Assembly (NCBI GenBank): GCA_964016885.1
Contig: OZ024743.1
Coordinates: forward strand, 178,374,001-178,438,000
From: Eledone cirrhosa
Lineage: Eukaryota
Direction of reading: 5' to 3'
DNA length: 64,000 nucleotides
The position numbers were made by a program, and so were the translations under genes. Shown in pieces: positions 12,069 through 24,325 of this stretch. The notes beneath the pieces were generated by a model. It did no database searches. It saw nothing but the letters and a program-made list of their open reading frames with translations, and had not been told where the DNA came from. Positions within the stretch are counted from its first letter, which is position 1. Every line of letters begins with the position of its first letter.

Positions 12069-12917
12069 AACTATAAGATGATACTTAGGTTCGTGAAGAG
12101 GTTAGGAAGTGTTGACATTTGAAAATTTTAAAGAAGTGAATATTTAAATAATCTTTTAACAAAATACCCTCAATTTCTTACTTGGAAAAAGTTACATCTA
12201 TGGTGCAAATTTGATGCTGTTTAGTCCAGCTGCTTGGCGGAAAGTTTGTTACTTACATACAGCCATCAGCTTTATAGTATAGATATAACATCTCTATTTA
12301 ACAAAATAACATACTTCAGAACATCTGTTGAGTCAGGGTTGTTGTATAGATCAGGTATATGGACCCTGACACAAGCACTTTAGAAGTAACTAGATGGTGT
12401 AGACAATTGCTTGAAGATGGTTACAATTTGCAGGACATTGCTGGAGAAGTAAGCAGGAAGTTATACTACATAGGTTACTATTATGGGAACCAACTAATGG
12501 GAGATGCAATAGAGGAAGACCTGCTCAAATAGTCATCAATCAACTCTCAAATGATACAAACCTCAGTAGGGAGTAGTTACCAGGAGCAATGGAAAATTAT
12601 GACTTGTGGAGAGACTCTGTCAGAAATGTTCAACTGTGGTCACAGTGATGATGATTTAACTAACACCCATTTTCATTTTACCTGCTAGTAAGGGTAGGGT
12701 CATCATATATGTCTAACTTATTTCTATTGAAACATACCTATATAGTGTCTCATATTATAAAAGAACAAAAACATAGGTAATGACTGGAGACAGAGAGAGA
12801 GAAAGAGAACAAATGAAGTAGAGGACTTCATTACTGCCAAGTCCTCATAGTTTTCAACCGACCTTAGACTAGTTTATTTCAGTGGATTTTGGAATGTTCC
12901 TTATGATTTATTTTCCA

Positions 12918-13110
12918 GGGTAGTGGATTGGCAGTATCGGTAGAGGGCCGGACGCCATGCTTTGCAGCATAGAGTTACGCCCCTTTATGATCTGAGTTCA
13001 AATCCCGCCAAGGTTAACTTTGCCTTTCATCCTTACAGAGTTGATAAAATAAAGTACCAGTAATACACTGCGATAATTGCTGGCCTTGTGCCAACAGTAG
13101 AAACAATTAT
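12918..13110 (+). mobile_element. MetaSINE-like SINE copy
   Basis: Same head, B box and core as 10164-10354, opposite orientation. Confidence 0.9.
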
Positions 13111-13435
13111 TTTCCAGAAATGTTGGAATAGATTCCTGACAGAGATTTGAACTGACGTTAAAGAAAGACAAGACTAGTATTGTTGGTGCTTTGTTTTTCT
13201 TGAAACACAGTGTGATGAAATGCCAAGTCATTCCAGGCAAATATTTAAACTAATGGTGAAGACAGATCAGATTAAATATGACTACACATTCATTTATTCT
13301 TGTCTATTATTATTTCTGCAAGTTGGTTTTATCAAATAACCACTATGTATGGAAGCAAACAAAATGCTTCCCAGATGAATTCAATTAAGAAAGAGATGAA
13401 TGAATGAAAAATGTGAAAGTAGACTAAAATCTTAC

Positions 13436-13514
13436 CATCCATGACAGCACCAAAGTAATCACCTTGTGGTGACGCTGCACAATAGGTAACAAATGACTGA
13501 AGTTTCCCTTCACT
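13436..13514 (-). CDS. WDR93: WDR93-like coding exon 4 (79 nt, phase 0 to 1)
   Basis: ttctttatttccag acceptor, SEGKLQSFVTYCAASPQGDYFGAVMD-G, GTAAGA donor. Resembles CIKMEISQGGDFAAFLLQG. Confidence 0.87.
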
Positions 13515-13569
13515 CTGGAAATAAAGAAAATAGATAAAGAAGCTTGAAAGATATATTGAATAACTAGTC

Positions 13570-13570
<1 letters not shown>

Positions 13571-13620
<50 letters not shown>

Positions 13621-14201
13621 TTTTTACTCTCCGTCTGTCTTTTCTTTATGCATTCTCAAATGGCTTGACCAAATTAAATCAAATTTTACAAGGTAACAGT
13701 ATTAGACCCCGGGATTAGCAACATGTAATTTTTATTTTCATTTGGATTAAAATAATATAACATTTTATCTAAAATAATCTTTCTATAGTCAACTATAATA
13801 AACGGAGATTTTATAACACGGCGAAGATGACGTCACATTTTGTATATGAGTGTGTATGTGTCTGTAAGTGAGTGTGTCTTTGCGCATTTGTTACATATGT
13901 TAGGCCTTCGAAAGTTACATACACACACATCTTCATGTAAATATTTAATCAGATACACAGAATTAAACACACACACACATCTACACATGTGATGAAACAA
14001 TGAATATTGTTTATCCTGAGGTGCTTCAAGATTGACAGATTTTCATTTCTAAATTCCATTATCATTACAATTTTGATATTTTTTTTTATAAAATATAGAT
14101 ATTTTGAAATAATTATGAGTAAAAATATATCTTCATATTTATTGTTTACTAATCTGAATAAGAACATCAGAAACCCGGGCAATGCCAGGTCATTTAGCTA
14201 G
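13571..14201 (+). mobile_element. Non-autonomous Helitron
   Basis: 3' hairpin CCCGGGCAATGCCAGG followed by CTAG|T at 14198-14202. 5' region is (TA)n-AAT...CCGTCTGTCT...ATGCATTCTC; the 5' boundary is uncertain because of TA expansion. Confidence 0.7.
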
Positions 14202-14229
<28 letters not shown>

Positions 14230-14232
<3 letters not shown>

Positions 14233-17200
14233 TCATTGTCGTTTAACGTCTATCTTCCACACTAGCATGGGTTAGACGGTTTTGTTCCATTTGATGTGGG
14301 AATGGTCGGGAGACCGTGTCTTGCTTGTACGGAAGTGTCTCTGGCAGGTTTTCTACAGCTGGATGCCCTTCCTAACACCAACCACCTTTACAGTGTGGAC
14401 TGGGAACCTTTTTACAGTGTCTCCTACACGACCACCTTACAGTGTGGACTGGGTGCTTTTTGTTGTGTCATCGACACAGTGGACGGAAATGGGAGGATGG
14501 GGTAGGGTGTTTGGTCAAGAGGTGCCACTGACTGTAGGTTTGTACGCAAAGAAAGGCAGGTCTTCTGTACAACTGCATGGCGCCAAAGATCTCAATCCAG
14601 TGACATTGAGGTGTAAGAGAGGTGTAAGTGAGCAAGGTCAGTTTTTATCACCTCGTCCCAGGTTTTTCTTGGTCTACCCACTCTACAGCTTCCACATATA
14701 TATATACATATACATAGAGAAAGAGATCTTATATAATTCAAGATATTATCATCCTCATTTAATTCCTTTTCCAAGCTAGCATGTGTAGAATGGGCTGTCT
14801 CTTTGTGAGAGATAACATTGGAAGACAGTGTTTTGCTCACAAAACTGATTTTGGCTTGGTTTCTATGGCTGGTTGCCCTTCATAATGCCAACCACATTTA
14901 CAGTGTGTGCTGAGTGCTTATGCTGATGATAATGATTATATATCATCATCATCATCACCGTTTTACGTCTGTTCTTCCACGCTAGCATGGGTTAGACGGG
15001 TTGTCCTGTTGTGGGCAGTGTCCGGTCAGCTGACCTTGTCTTGCTCATACGGGAACTGATTCTGGCTTGATTTCTACAGCTGGATGCCCTTCCTAACACC
15101 AACCTCATTTGCAGTGAGTGCTGGGTGCTTTTTTCCATGGCACTTACACGTCCACTTTACAGTTGGGCTGGGTGCTTTTTTGCCGTGGAGCCTCCACAAC
15201 CACTTTGCAGTGGGAGGGTGTGGGGGCATATTGTTTATATGCTTCAGCTTCGGCTTGTACCCGTGAGGGGTCGGGTCTTCTGTATTACTGCGTGACGCCA
15301 GAGGTCCCGGTCTTGTGTCATCACCTTTGAGAGGTGTAATTGGGTAAGGTCAGCTTTTATCACCTCATCCCAGGTCCTCTTGAGTCTCCCCACTCCGCGG
15401 TTTCCATCGACTTCTAGTGCTCTGCACCTTTTTATGCAGCTGGCATCCTTCATACGCATCACATGTCCATACCAACACAACCGCCTCACCTGCACACAGC
15501 ATTTGATTCCTCTTATGCTCAGTCTCTCTCTCAATTCATTTATGCTTTGCCGTTCGCGTATATTACTATTACACATCCATCGGAGCATGCCGGCTTCATT
15601 TCTTTCTAATATATATATATATATATATATATGATGTTGATGAAATATTTATATATATATATATATATATATATAGATAGATAGATATTATCATCATCCC
15701 CATTTAACGTCCATTTTTCCATGCTAGCATGAGTTAGTTGAGTTGTCCTGTTATGAGACAAGCCAGGTCAAATGACTGTATCTTGCTCATACAGAACTGT
15801 TTCTGGTTTGGTTTCTATGGCTGGATGCCCTTCCTAACGCCAATCACATTTACAATTTAGGCTAGGAAGTAGGTGGCGATTGGGGTACATCTAAGGACAT
15901 GGGAGAGGGGTGGGGTGTTAAGATGTGGGAGTTGAAGGTACATACTAGATGTATGTTTCAATCCATGCACACAGGAAGGTGGTTCTTCTGTATTACTGCA
16001 TAATGCCAGAGATCTCATGTGTCATTGCCTTTGAAAGGTGCAATCATGATAGGCCAGATTTTATCACCTCATCCCAAATCTTCCTAGGTCTCCATAGCTT
16101 CCATCAACTTTGAGCACTCTGCACCTATGCAGTTGTCATCCTTTATATACATTACATGCCCATACCAACACATTCTCCTCTTATGCCAGTTTCTCTCTCA
16201 ATTCATTTATGCTTTGCCGTTCACATATATTACTATTACACATCCATCAAAGCATGCAAGTTTAATTTTTTTCCAATCTTCACAGGTCTTCTGCACACAG
16301 TGACCAGGCCCTGCTACCATGCAACATTGCTGTTCATATACACAAATTATACAATCTGCTGTTCCTTTTTTTATATATGTATATATCAGATAGGGTATGG
16401 TAAAAACCAGGTAGACCATAACCCACCAGAGTACTTGATACTTGGGGTAGTAGAGTGGGTAATATGAAAAGATTCAGGATCCCGACAGATGAGCTCCAGC
16501 AGTTTCGACAGCTAGATCTGAACGAGTTTGAATCTAGATGTCGAAACAGCTGGAGCTCAGCTGTCGGGGTCCTGAATCTTTTCATATATATATTTATATA
16601 TATATATATATATAGGTGGATTCTTGTATATTGGGAGGTGATCACAGTTAAAAAAAGGTACTCAATATGTTTGGGTGCTTTTTATCGTGGAACCAAAACA
16701 GCCATCTGACAGGGTGGACTGGGTGTTTATACATCGTGATAGCAACAAGACCATCTACCCAGTGGATTAGTTGCTTTTTGTTGTGTCACTAGCATGACCA
16801 CCATTACAAGGAGGATGGATGCTTTTGACCACCTTAAAAAAGGGAATGGCCGCTTTTTGTCATGTTACCAGTATGACTACCTTATAGAATAAACTGGATG
16901 CTTTTTATTGCCATCACCCATGCTAGCGTGGAAAATGGACGTTAAACGAAGATGATGATGATGATGATGACAACTGCTCTTCATAGTGGCCTAAGTGCTT
17001 TTTGTCATGGTGGTTGGACTGAGGGAGAGGTGTAGAGCATGTCCAGCTTTCCATGTTTGTATGCATGGGCTGAACATGTGTATCAGTGAGGGATTGGGAG
17101 AAAAGGGGAGGGTGAAATGAGTATTAAGATGGTTAGGTGGAGAAAGGGAAAGATTGGTGCAGATCCTGTGTCATCACCTTTAAAAGGTTTAATCCTGCAA

Positions 17201-17400
17201 GGTCAGCTTTTATCAGTTCATCCCATGCTTTCCTAGGTATTCCTCTTCCATAGTTTCCTCCATCTTTAAGTACACTGCACTTTTTCATACATATGTCATC
17301 CTCCATACACATCACATGTCCATACCACCCCAATCTCCTCTCCTGCACATGATCCCATTGCTAACAGGGAAAATGAATGCTGAATGATGATGATGATGAT
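14230..17400. mobile_element. Cluster of RTE 3' fragments, mostly on the minus strand (about 14230-14695, 14750-14915, 14943-15610, 15690-16370, 16660-17350)
   Basis: Repeated RTE tail motif plus C-terminal peptides ([38 protein letters not shown]) in the ORF track. Confidence 0.85.
16462..16587. repeat. Fold-back palindrome, ~126 bp
   Basis: ATATGAAAAGATTCAGGATCCCGACAG... pairs with ...CTGTCGGGGTCCTGAATCTTTTCATAT. Confidence 0.92.
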
Positions 17401-18167
17401 CTATGCACAGAAACACATACATCCACACACACACACATAACCTACTAACTGTTGAAATAGCAAGAGCTCAGCTGTCGGGCCCCTGACTCTTTCTAATATA
17501 GCCATTCTCTACAATCCCAAGTAATGGTCTAAATAGTTTAAAACTGGTTCTATCCTGATATTCATCATTTTACGTCTGCTTTTCCCTGCTTGCAAGGGTG
17601 GGACAGGAACTGATTCAGTCTTGATTTCTAACACCAACCTCATTTTACAGTGAGTGCTGGGTGCTTTTTTTTTCCGTGACGCCTACACGTCCACTTTACA
17701 GTGTGGGCTGGGTGCTTTTTTGCCGTGGCGCCTCCATGACCACTTTGCAGCTGAGTAAACTGGAGCAATGTGAAATAAAGTGTCTTGCTCAAGGAAACAA
17801 CACATCACCTGGTCTGTGAATTGAACTCACAACCTTTCGATTGCAAGGCCAATGCTCTAAATTTCAAAATCCAAACCCGCTCCGTAGATGAATTTGAATT
17901 TCGAAACCTAAATATGTTTCGCAATGATGGTACGTGAATTGAAAAATAAAGAGAATCGAAATGGAATTGAAATAAAAAGTGAAATATCCAAATCTTCTGT
18001 GCTTATCAACAGGAACCCAGTAAAATTAGCATATCGCACCATCAAAAATTTTGCAGGTCTGACTACACGTGTGTCTAGCCAGGCCAAAGTAGCCGTCCCG
18101 CATTCCCGGTGCTAGAAATAACAGTCGTTTGTGCGGGATTGAAGATCAGCTCTACAGTTAAGGAGCA

Positions 18168-18496
18168 ATATACTATATTATAATTTGAGATTAAACTCTC
18201 AGTCGTTTACAATAAATCAGCTCCAAGAAAGGGGCCTTTCCGAGCAGTTAAATATATATGATAAACACAAAACGTGTTTGCATTGCAACAGACAAAGTTA
18301 GCTATTAATGAAATAAACTAATTATAGTGAATACAATTTGTCTGTCTCGATATAAGTCAATAAAGACAAGCTTATATTGGCAAAGGCCGTGATTCCTGGA
18401 CAAATCTAAAGGCTATATTTAACTGCTCGGAAAGGCCCCTTTCTTGGAGCTGATTTATTTTAAACGACTGAGAGTTTAATCTCAGATTATAATATA

Positions 18497-18502
<6 letters not shown>
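18168..18502. repeat. Inverted repeat, ~88-bp arms around a ~158-bp spacer (MITE-like)
   Basis: 18168-18255 is the reverse complement of 18414-18502 with about two mismatches. Confidence 0.92.
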
Positions 18503-18550
<48 letters not shown>

Positions 18551-18555
<5 letters not shown>

Positions 18556-18737
18556 AGTATGTTTGTATGTATACGTACATACAGATATGTATACAGACGT
18601 ACAGTAGTATGTATATATATACATACATGCACATATATATATGCACGTATCGGTTGCATGTATGTATATATATATACATACTACTGTACGTCTGTATACA
18701 TATATGTATGTACGTATACATACAAACATACTTGCAT
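18551..18737. repeat. Near-perfect palindrome, ~80-bp arms
   Basis: ATGCAAGTATGTTTGTATGTATACGTACATAC... pairs with ...GTATGTACGTATACATACAAACATACTTGCAT. Confidence 0.93.
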
Positions 18738-18974
18738 TTAAGTAAGTGCCGTACTAAGAGTGAGAAATGAAATTTTGTTTCATTCTATATATATATATAT
18801 ACACACACACACATTAAGGTGTTCACTCTAACATAGCTGTATATATATAAGTAAGCGTATTTTGTATATCTATTGATAAACAGTATGTTTACGAATATTT
18901 GTAAAAATACTGTATATTGCTAGATATACAAAATACACATACTTTATATATATATTACATATGTATATATATAT

Positions 18975-21469
18975 ATTCTTGAAAGTGAACCTGCTGAAAG
19001 CAACGGATGAAATCTGTAGCTGGAGCAGACCTATTGGCAGGAGGAGAGTAACTTGGCTGTGGAACAGTAAGGTGGAGGAGAAAATCAAGGCCAAAAATCA
19101 GGCTTGGAAAGTATGGCAGGATGGGGGAAGTAGAGAGCACTATCAAGTGGCCAGGAGAGAAGCTAGGAGACAAGTGCACCTTGCAAAAAGGGAAGCAGAG
19201 GATAGAAAGTTCAAGCATGTTCTACAACGTGAGGAGCAAAAATGTGAGGTGTTCAGGATTGCTAGACAATGTGTCAAGGAAAACCGTAATATTGTCGGGG
19301 AGAAGTGTGTCCATAATGATAACGGTGTACTTGCCCTCACTAATACTGATAAGAAGATAGCCTGGAAGTGTCACTACGAGAGACTATTAAATGAGGAGAA
19401 TAAATGGGAAAAAGATAGTCTGCGCCAAATCGATCCAATAGAAGGACCAGCGGTGCAAGTTAAAGGTAGTATAATAAGTAAGGCAATCAAGATATGAAGA
19501 CAGGCAAGGCAGATGGGCCTTTGGAGATAGTTACTGAGATGTTGAAGACATCTAGAATGGTGGGACATACTATGATCACCCGTATAGTTAACCAAGTAAT
19601 ACAGAATGGGGTCATACCAAAAGACTGGCATAGCAGCATCATCATTAACTGCTACAAGCGTAAAGGGGATGCTCTAGATAGGGGAATCTATAGAGGCATT
19701 AAGTTAGTTGACCAGGTCATGAAGGTCACAGAAAGAGTGATAGCGCAACTAATCAGAGAGCGAATTGATCTAGATGAAATGCAGTTTGGGTTTGTGTCAG
19801 GTACCACAAACGCTCTTTTCCTTGTACGACAACTAGCTAAAAGTAAACCCCTCTACTTAGCTTTTGTAGACCTGGAGAAAGCCTTTGACAGAGTCCACTG
19901 CTCCATTATCTGGTGGGTTCTTAGAAAACTAGGTGTAGATGAATGGCTTGTGAGAGCTATACAAGCTATGTATAAAGAAACAGTCAGTAAGGTTAGAATT
20001 AACAATGAATATTGTGAAGAACTTAGTGTAAAGTTGGTGTTCATCAAGGCTCTGTCCTTAGCCCCTCCTATTTATTATTGCCCTTCAGGCTATAACAGAG
20101 GAGTTCAAGACCGGCTGCCCATGGGAACTCCTATATGCAGATGATCTAACTCTCATAGCTGAATCTATGGCTGAACTAGAGAAGAAATTCCAAACATGGA
20201 AGCATGGCCTAGAATCAAAAGGCCTTAAAGTTAACTTGTCTAAGACTAAAGTTCTAGTTTGTAGAAAGGAAAATAGGGCACAGGTGCCCTCAGGGAAATG
20301 GCTATGCTCAGTGTGTAGGAAAGGAGTAGGCAGAAATTCTATTTTATGTCCCAAATGCAAATTATGGGTACATAAAAGATGTAGTGGAATCACAGGTAAA
20401 CTATCTAAGATAAGAATGTAGACTTTATATGTGGCCGATGCTCAGGTGCAATAAGTAGCAAGTGTCCACAGGATACTAGCTCATTCTATTTCCCAGATGG
20501 TTCTGTAGAAATAGTGGACACCTTACGTTACCTGGGTGATGAAATCAGCAGCGGTGGAGGGTGTTTTGAAAGTACTATAGCCAGAGTCAGAACGGGATGG
20601 AAAAAGTTCAGAGAGCTTATACTGCTGTGGCCACAAAAGGTTTCTCTCTAAAAATGAAAGGCAGATTGTATGATGCCTGTATACGAACAGCAATGCTACA
20701 TAGCAGTGAGACATGGGCATTGCATGCAGAGGACCTGCACAGACTGGAAAGGAATGAAGCATGCATTCTCCGTTGGATGTGTAATAAATAAACTAAGTGA
20801 GAAATTATGAATAAGAGGGATCAGATGCTGTTTACTTGAGAGAAGACTACGTTGGTATGGTCACGTGACGCGCATGAAAGACAACAGCTGTATAAAAAGT
20901 GCAGGGCGATCAAAATTGATGGAAGTTACGGAGTAGGTAGACCCAGAAAACCCTGGGACGATTTGATAAATTCCGACCTTACACACTTGCACCTCTCTAA
21001 GACAATGTCACTGGACCGAGATCTTTGGCGCTACGCAGTAATGCAGAAGACCCGCCTTGCCTATGTACACAGTGAAACCTACAGTCAGTAGGCACCTCTT
21101 AACCAAATATAGACCCCAATCCTCTACCCCATCCTCCCACTCCCACCAACACCACCCTCTCTCTGTAAAGTTGGCACCACAACATCCAGTCCAAATACAT
21201 AAGATAAATGAGATCAAGATCGTGTAGGTGTCTCGACAAAAAAACACCCAGTCCACGCTGTAATGTGGCCATGTAGGCAACACGGTAAAATGTTCCCAGT
21301 TCCACACGGTAAATGTGGTTGGTGTTAGGAAGGGCATCCAGCCGTAGAAATCCTGCCAGATAGTCCTATATGAGCGAGACACGGTCACCCGACCAACCTT
21401 GCCTCAAGTAGGACAACTCCCGTCTAACCCATGCTAGCGTGAAAGATGGACATTAAATGAAGATGATGA

Positions 21470-21472
<3 letters not shown>
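18975..21472 (+). mobile_element. RTE LINE, 5'-truncated copy of the same family with intact 3' tail
   Basis: ORF pieces 18961-21091 are collinear with copy 1 (RRRVTWLWN, DLEKAFDRV, YADD, CSVC..CPKC..HKRC). Ends GGACATTAAATGAAGATGATGATGAT running into (TA)n. Confidence 0.95.
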
Positions 21473-21525
<53 letters not shown>

Positions 21526-22069
21526 CAGTGGCGAAGGGTAACCTGGAAAGCAGGGCATGCAGTCCAATCGCCATTGCGGAAAGTGGGGTTGTGCAGCCTT
21601 AACCCCGCCCCAATTCCCTCTAAATGACCCTCCCGGTCAAAGCTGCATGTAGTGTTATCTAGTATGTGTGTTATCTTTTTATGTGTCTACGATTTAGTAA
21701 GTAGTCAAAATTCTGCTTGCCCCAAAGCTGTTGTGTGTATGTGTGTATGTGTGTGTGTGTTATCTTTTTATGTGTCTACAATTTAAAGCAGTCAAAATTC
21801 TGCTTGCCCCAAAGCTGTCGTGTGTTTGTGTGTATGTGTGTGTTATCTTTTTATGTGTCTACGATTTAGTAAGCAGTCAAAATTCTATTTACCCCAAAGC
21901 TGTCGTGTGTATGTATTTGTGTGTGTGTGTGTGTGTGTTATCTTTTATTGTGTCTATACGTTTTAGTAAGCAGCCAAAATTCTGCTTGCTTCAACCGACG
22001 CAATTGATCAAATCAAGATTCTATAACGCATGCACTGCATGCGTTGCTTGCACGGACCCTTCGCCGCTG
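21526..22069. mobile_element. hAT-type MITE with 14-bp TIRs, 8-bp TSD and internal tandem repeats
   Basis: TIRs CAGTGGCGAAGGGT and ACCCTTCGCCGCTG; exact TSD ACACATAC on both sides; four internal units of GTGTTATCTTTTATGTGTCTACGATTTAGTAAGCAGTCAAAATTCTGCTTGCCCCAAAGCTG. Confidence 0.9.
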
Positions 22070-22220
22070 ACACATACATACACACTCAGATATATACTGA
22101 CCCACAAACCAACAAACACACACACACACAAATAAATATACCCACACTTGTGACAATATTTTCTAACATTATTTTAAAGAACTTCTTGAGAAAATAAAAT
22201 GTTTAAAATCTCTTTCCTAC

Positions 22221-22288
22221 CTGTTCAGAGACAGTCAATATTAGCACAAGATTTCCTGAGGATTTGTACGCAAAAACCCGAGCAGTTC
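22221..22288 (-). CDS. WDR93: WDR93-like coding exon 3 (68 nt, phase 1 to 0)
   Basis: ttgttttacag acceptor, (G)TARVFAYKSSGNLVLILTVSEQ, GTAGGA donor. Phases fit both neighbours; resembles [22 protein letters not shown]. Confidence 0.85.
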
Positions 22289-22317
22289 CTGTAAAACAAA
22301 CGATATTTATTGAAATA

Positions 22318-23260
22318 TACTGTATATACTCGTATATAAGCCGAGAAATATGTGACAAAAAAATTCACAATATTTTGCTAATTTTCACCAACTTCAAAAT
22401 TCTATATAAATGAGATGCTAAAATATTTTCATTTTGGGTGAAAATATTACACCGGCTCACTTTTGATATGAATTGAATGAATATGGCCTTCAAAACATTT
22501 GGAAATTGGGAAAATCTCATCATGTAATGATGGAGTTGTGAAACAAAAAATGTGACTTTAAACATTTAGCATTTAAACTGGCTGTATGTGGTTAGAATTC
22601 TCTCACCTCTTTCTGTTCAAACCAGCCATAATCAGTCACTTAAACTGATGTTAAGGTAAGGTTCTCAAAATAAATAATATCAAAATCTCATAGATTCGAT
22701 ATTATGTGAGATAAAGTCTTTACCACAAAATACAATATTACATGGCTTAGTGGTTAGAGCATTGGCCTTGCAATCGAAAGGTTGTGAGTTCAATTCTCAG
22801 ACCGGGTGATGTGTTGTTTCCATGAGCAACACACTTTATTTCACATTGCTCCAGTTTACTCAGCAGTAGAAATGAGATGATAGGGACTGGGATCCATATC
22901 ATTCCACTGCAAAGTGGTCGTGGAGGTGCCACGGCAAAAAAGCACCCAGCACTCACTGTAAATGCGGTTGGTGTTAGGAAGAGCATCCAGCTGTAGAAAT
23001 CAAGCCAGAATCAGTTCCCGTCCTACCCTTGCAAGCAGGGAAAAGCGGACGTAAAATGATGATGATGATGATGATGATATAGAATAATGTAAATGCTAAA
23101 GAGATATACAACACTAAAAACATTTTAAACATCAAAACATTAAAACTTCATAAATATATTTCAAAACTGTGCCATATAAACATAATGTGTTGATTACCTG
23201 CCTTGGCTTATACACAGGATTTAGATTTTTACCCATTTCTCAGACATAAAATGTGGGGAG
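22318..23260. mobile_element. Decayed Tc1/mariner-like (Tigger/pogo-type) DNA transposon remnant interrupted by a SINE
   Basis: Terminus TACTGTATATACTCGTATATAAGCCGAG and a subterminal GGCTTATACAC motif near 23205. The right TIR is not clearly retained. Confidence 0.5.
22741..23077 (+). mobile_element. tRNA-derived SINE with RTE-type 3' tail; related copies at 1387-1655 (-) and 17562-17860 (-)
   Basis: A box TGGCTTAGTGGTTAGAGC, B box GAGTTCAATTC, central TGAGCAACACACTTTATTTCACATTGCTCCAGTTTACTCAGC, tail GTGTTAGGAAGAGCATCCAGCTGTAGAAA...GGACGTAAAA(TGA)n. Confidence 0.85.
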
Positions 23261-24122
23261 GGATCAAACAGTAAGTGAAGTAAGAATCAGAACAAAACAG
23301 AGAAAATTTAAAAGTCACACCTAAAAGAAGGTGGAAAATTTTCCATCGCGAGGAAGGTACCGAAGTAATAGTTGATATTCTCTTCTAATTAGGTGATTAG
23401 GTGAGCTAATTAATAGTAGAGGAGGTTGCTCTGAATGCATGTAAGCTAGAATGAGAAGAGATTGGAAAAAGTTTAGGGTACTGCTACTACTTCTGTTGGC
23501 AACAAAGGGATTTTCTCTCTGAGTGAAAAGTAGATTTTATGCTTGTGTGAAGAGTGCAATTTTACATGGCAATGAGACATGGGAGGATATACAGAGACTG
23601 GAGAGAAATGAAGCAAGCATGCACATTGGATGAGTATAAGAGGATTGAGATGTAATGTGCTGGAGAGAAGACTGCACTGGTATGAACATGTGATGCGTAT
23701 GGATGATAAATACTGGATAAAGAAATGAGTGAAAGTCGGAGAACAGTTAGAAAAACCTGGGCAGACGTGTTTAGAGTAGATGAAAGAACATTATAAGTGG
23801 AGGGTGGCATGCTGGAAAAGATCTGTTTACCCATTACAAGCATGGAAAGGTGGACATAAACTGATGATAATGATGATGATTATGATGTGTATATATCACC
23901 TCGGCACCCACTCCCCCACACACAGGACTACTTGCTTGCTCATTTCACCATTCTTGATAAACCTTGTTTTTGCTTAACCTTCCAACCTCCTCCTAACTTT
24001 ACTCTTTCCCAAAGAAGGATTAACATCTGATAAAACATTCCTTTTCCAACAAGCATGAAACTAATAAGACTTTGTATAATTATCTGCCTGTGTTTATCTA
24101 TTTTGATCTTAAACTATATATA

Positions 24123-24302
24123 CATCATCATCATCATCATTGGTTAACCTCCATCTTCCACACGATCATAGGTTAGACGGGATTGTCCGACTTGAGGCAA
24201 GATTGGTCATGTCACCGTGTCTCGCTTGTATAGAACTGTATCTGGGAAGTTTTCCATGGCTGGATGCCCTTCCTAACACCAACCACATTTACAGTGTGAA
24301 CC
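24123..24302 (-). mobile_element. RTE 3' tail fragment, inverted relative to the adjacent RTE body
   Basis: (CAT)n-GGTTAACCTCCATCTTCCAC...GGATGCCCTTCCTAACACCAACC is the reverse complement of the RTE 3' end. Confidence 0.85.
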
Positions 24303-24325
24303 TATATATATATATATATATATAA

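Noticed and set aside
22741-22810. tRNA gene-like A and B boxes (also in all ~190-bp SINEs)
   Set aside because: No complete cloverleaf; each continues into SINE core and tail.
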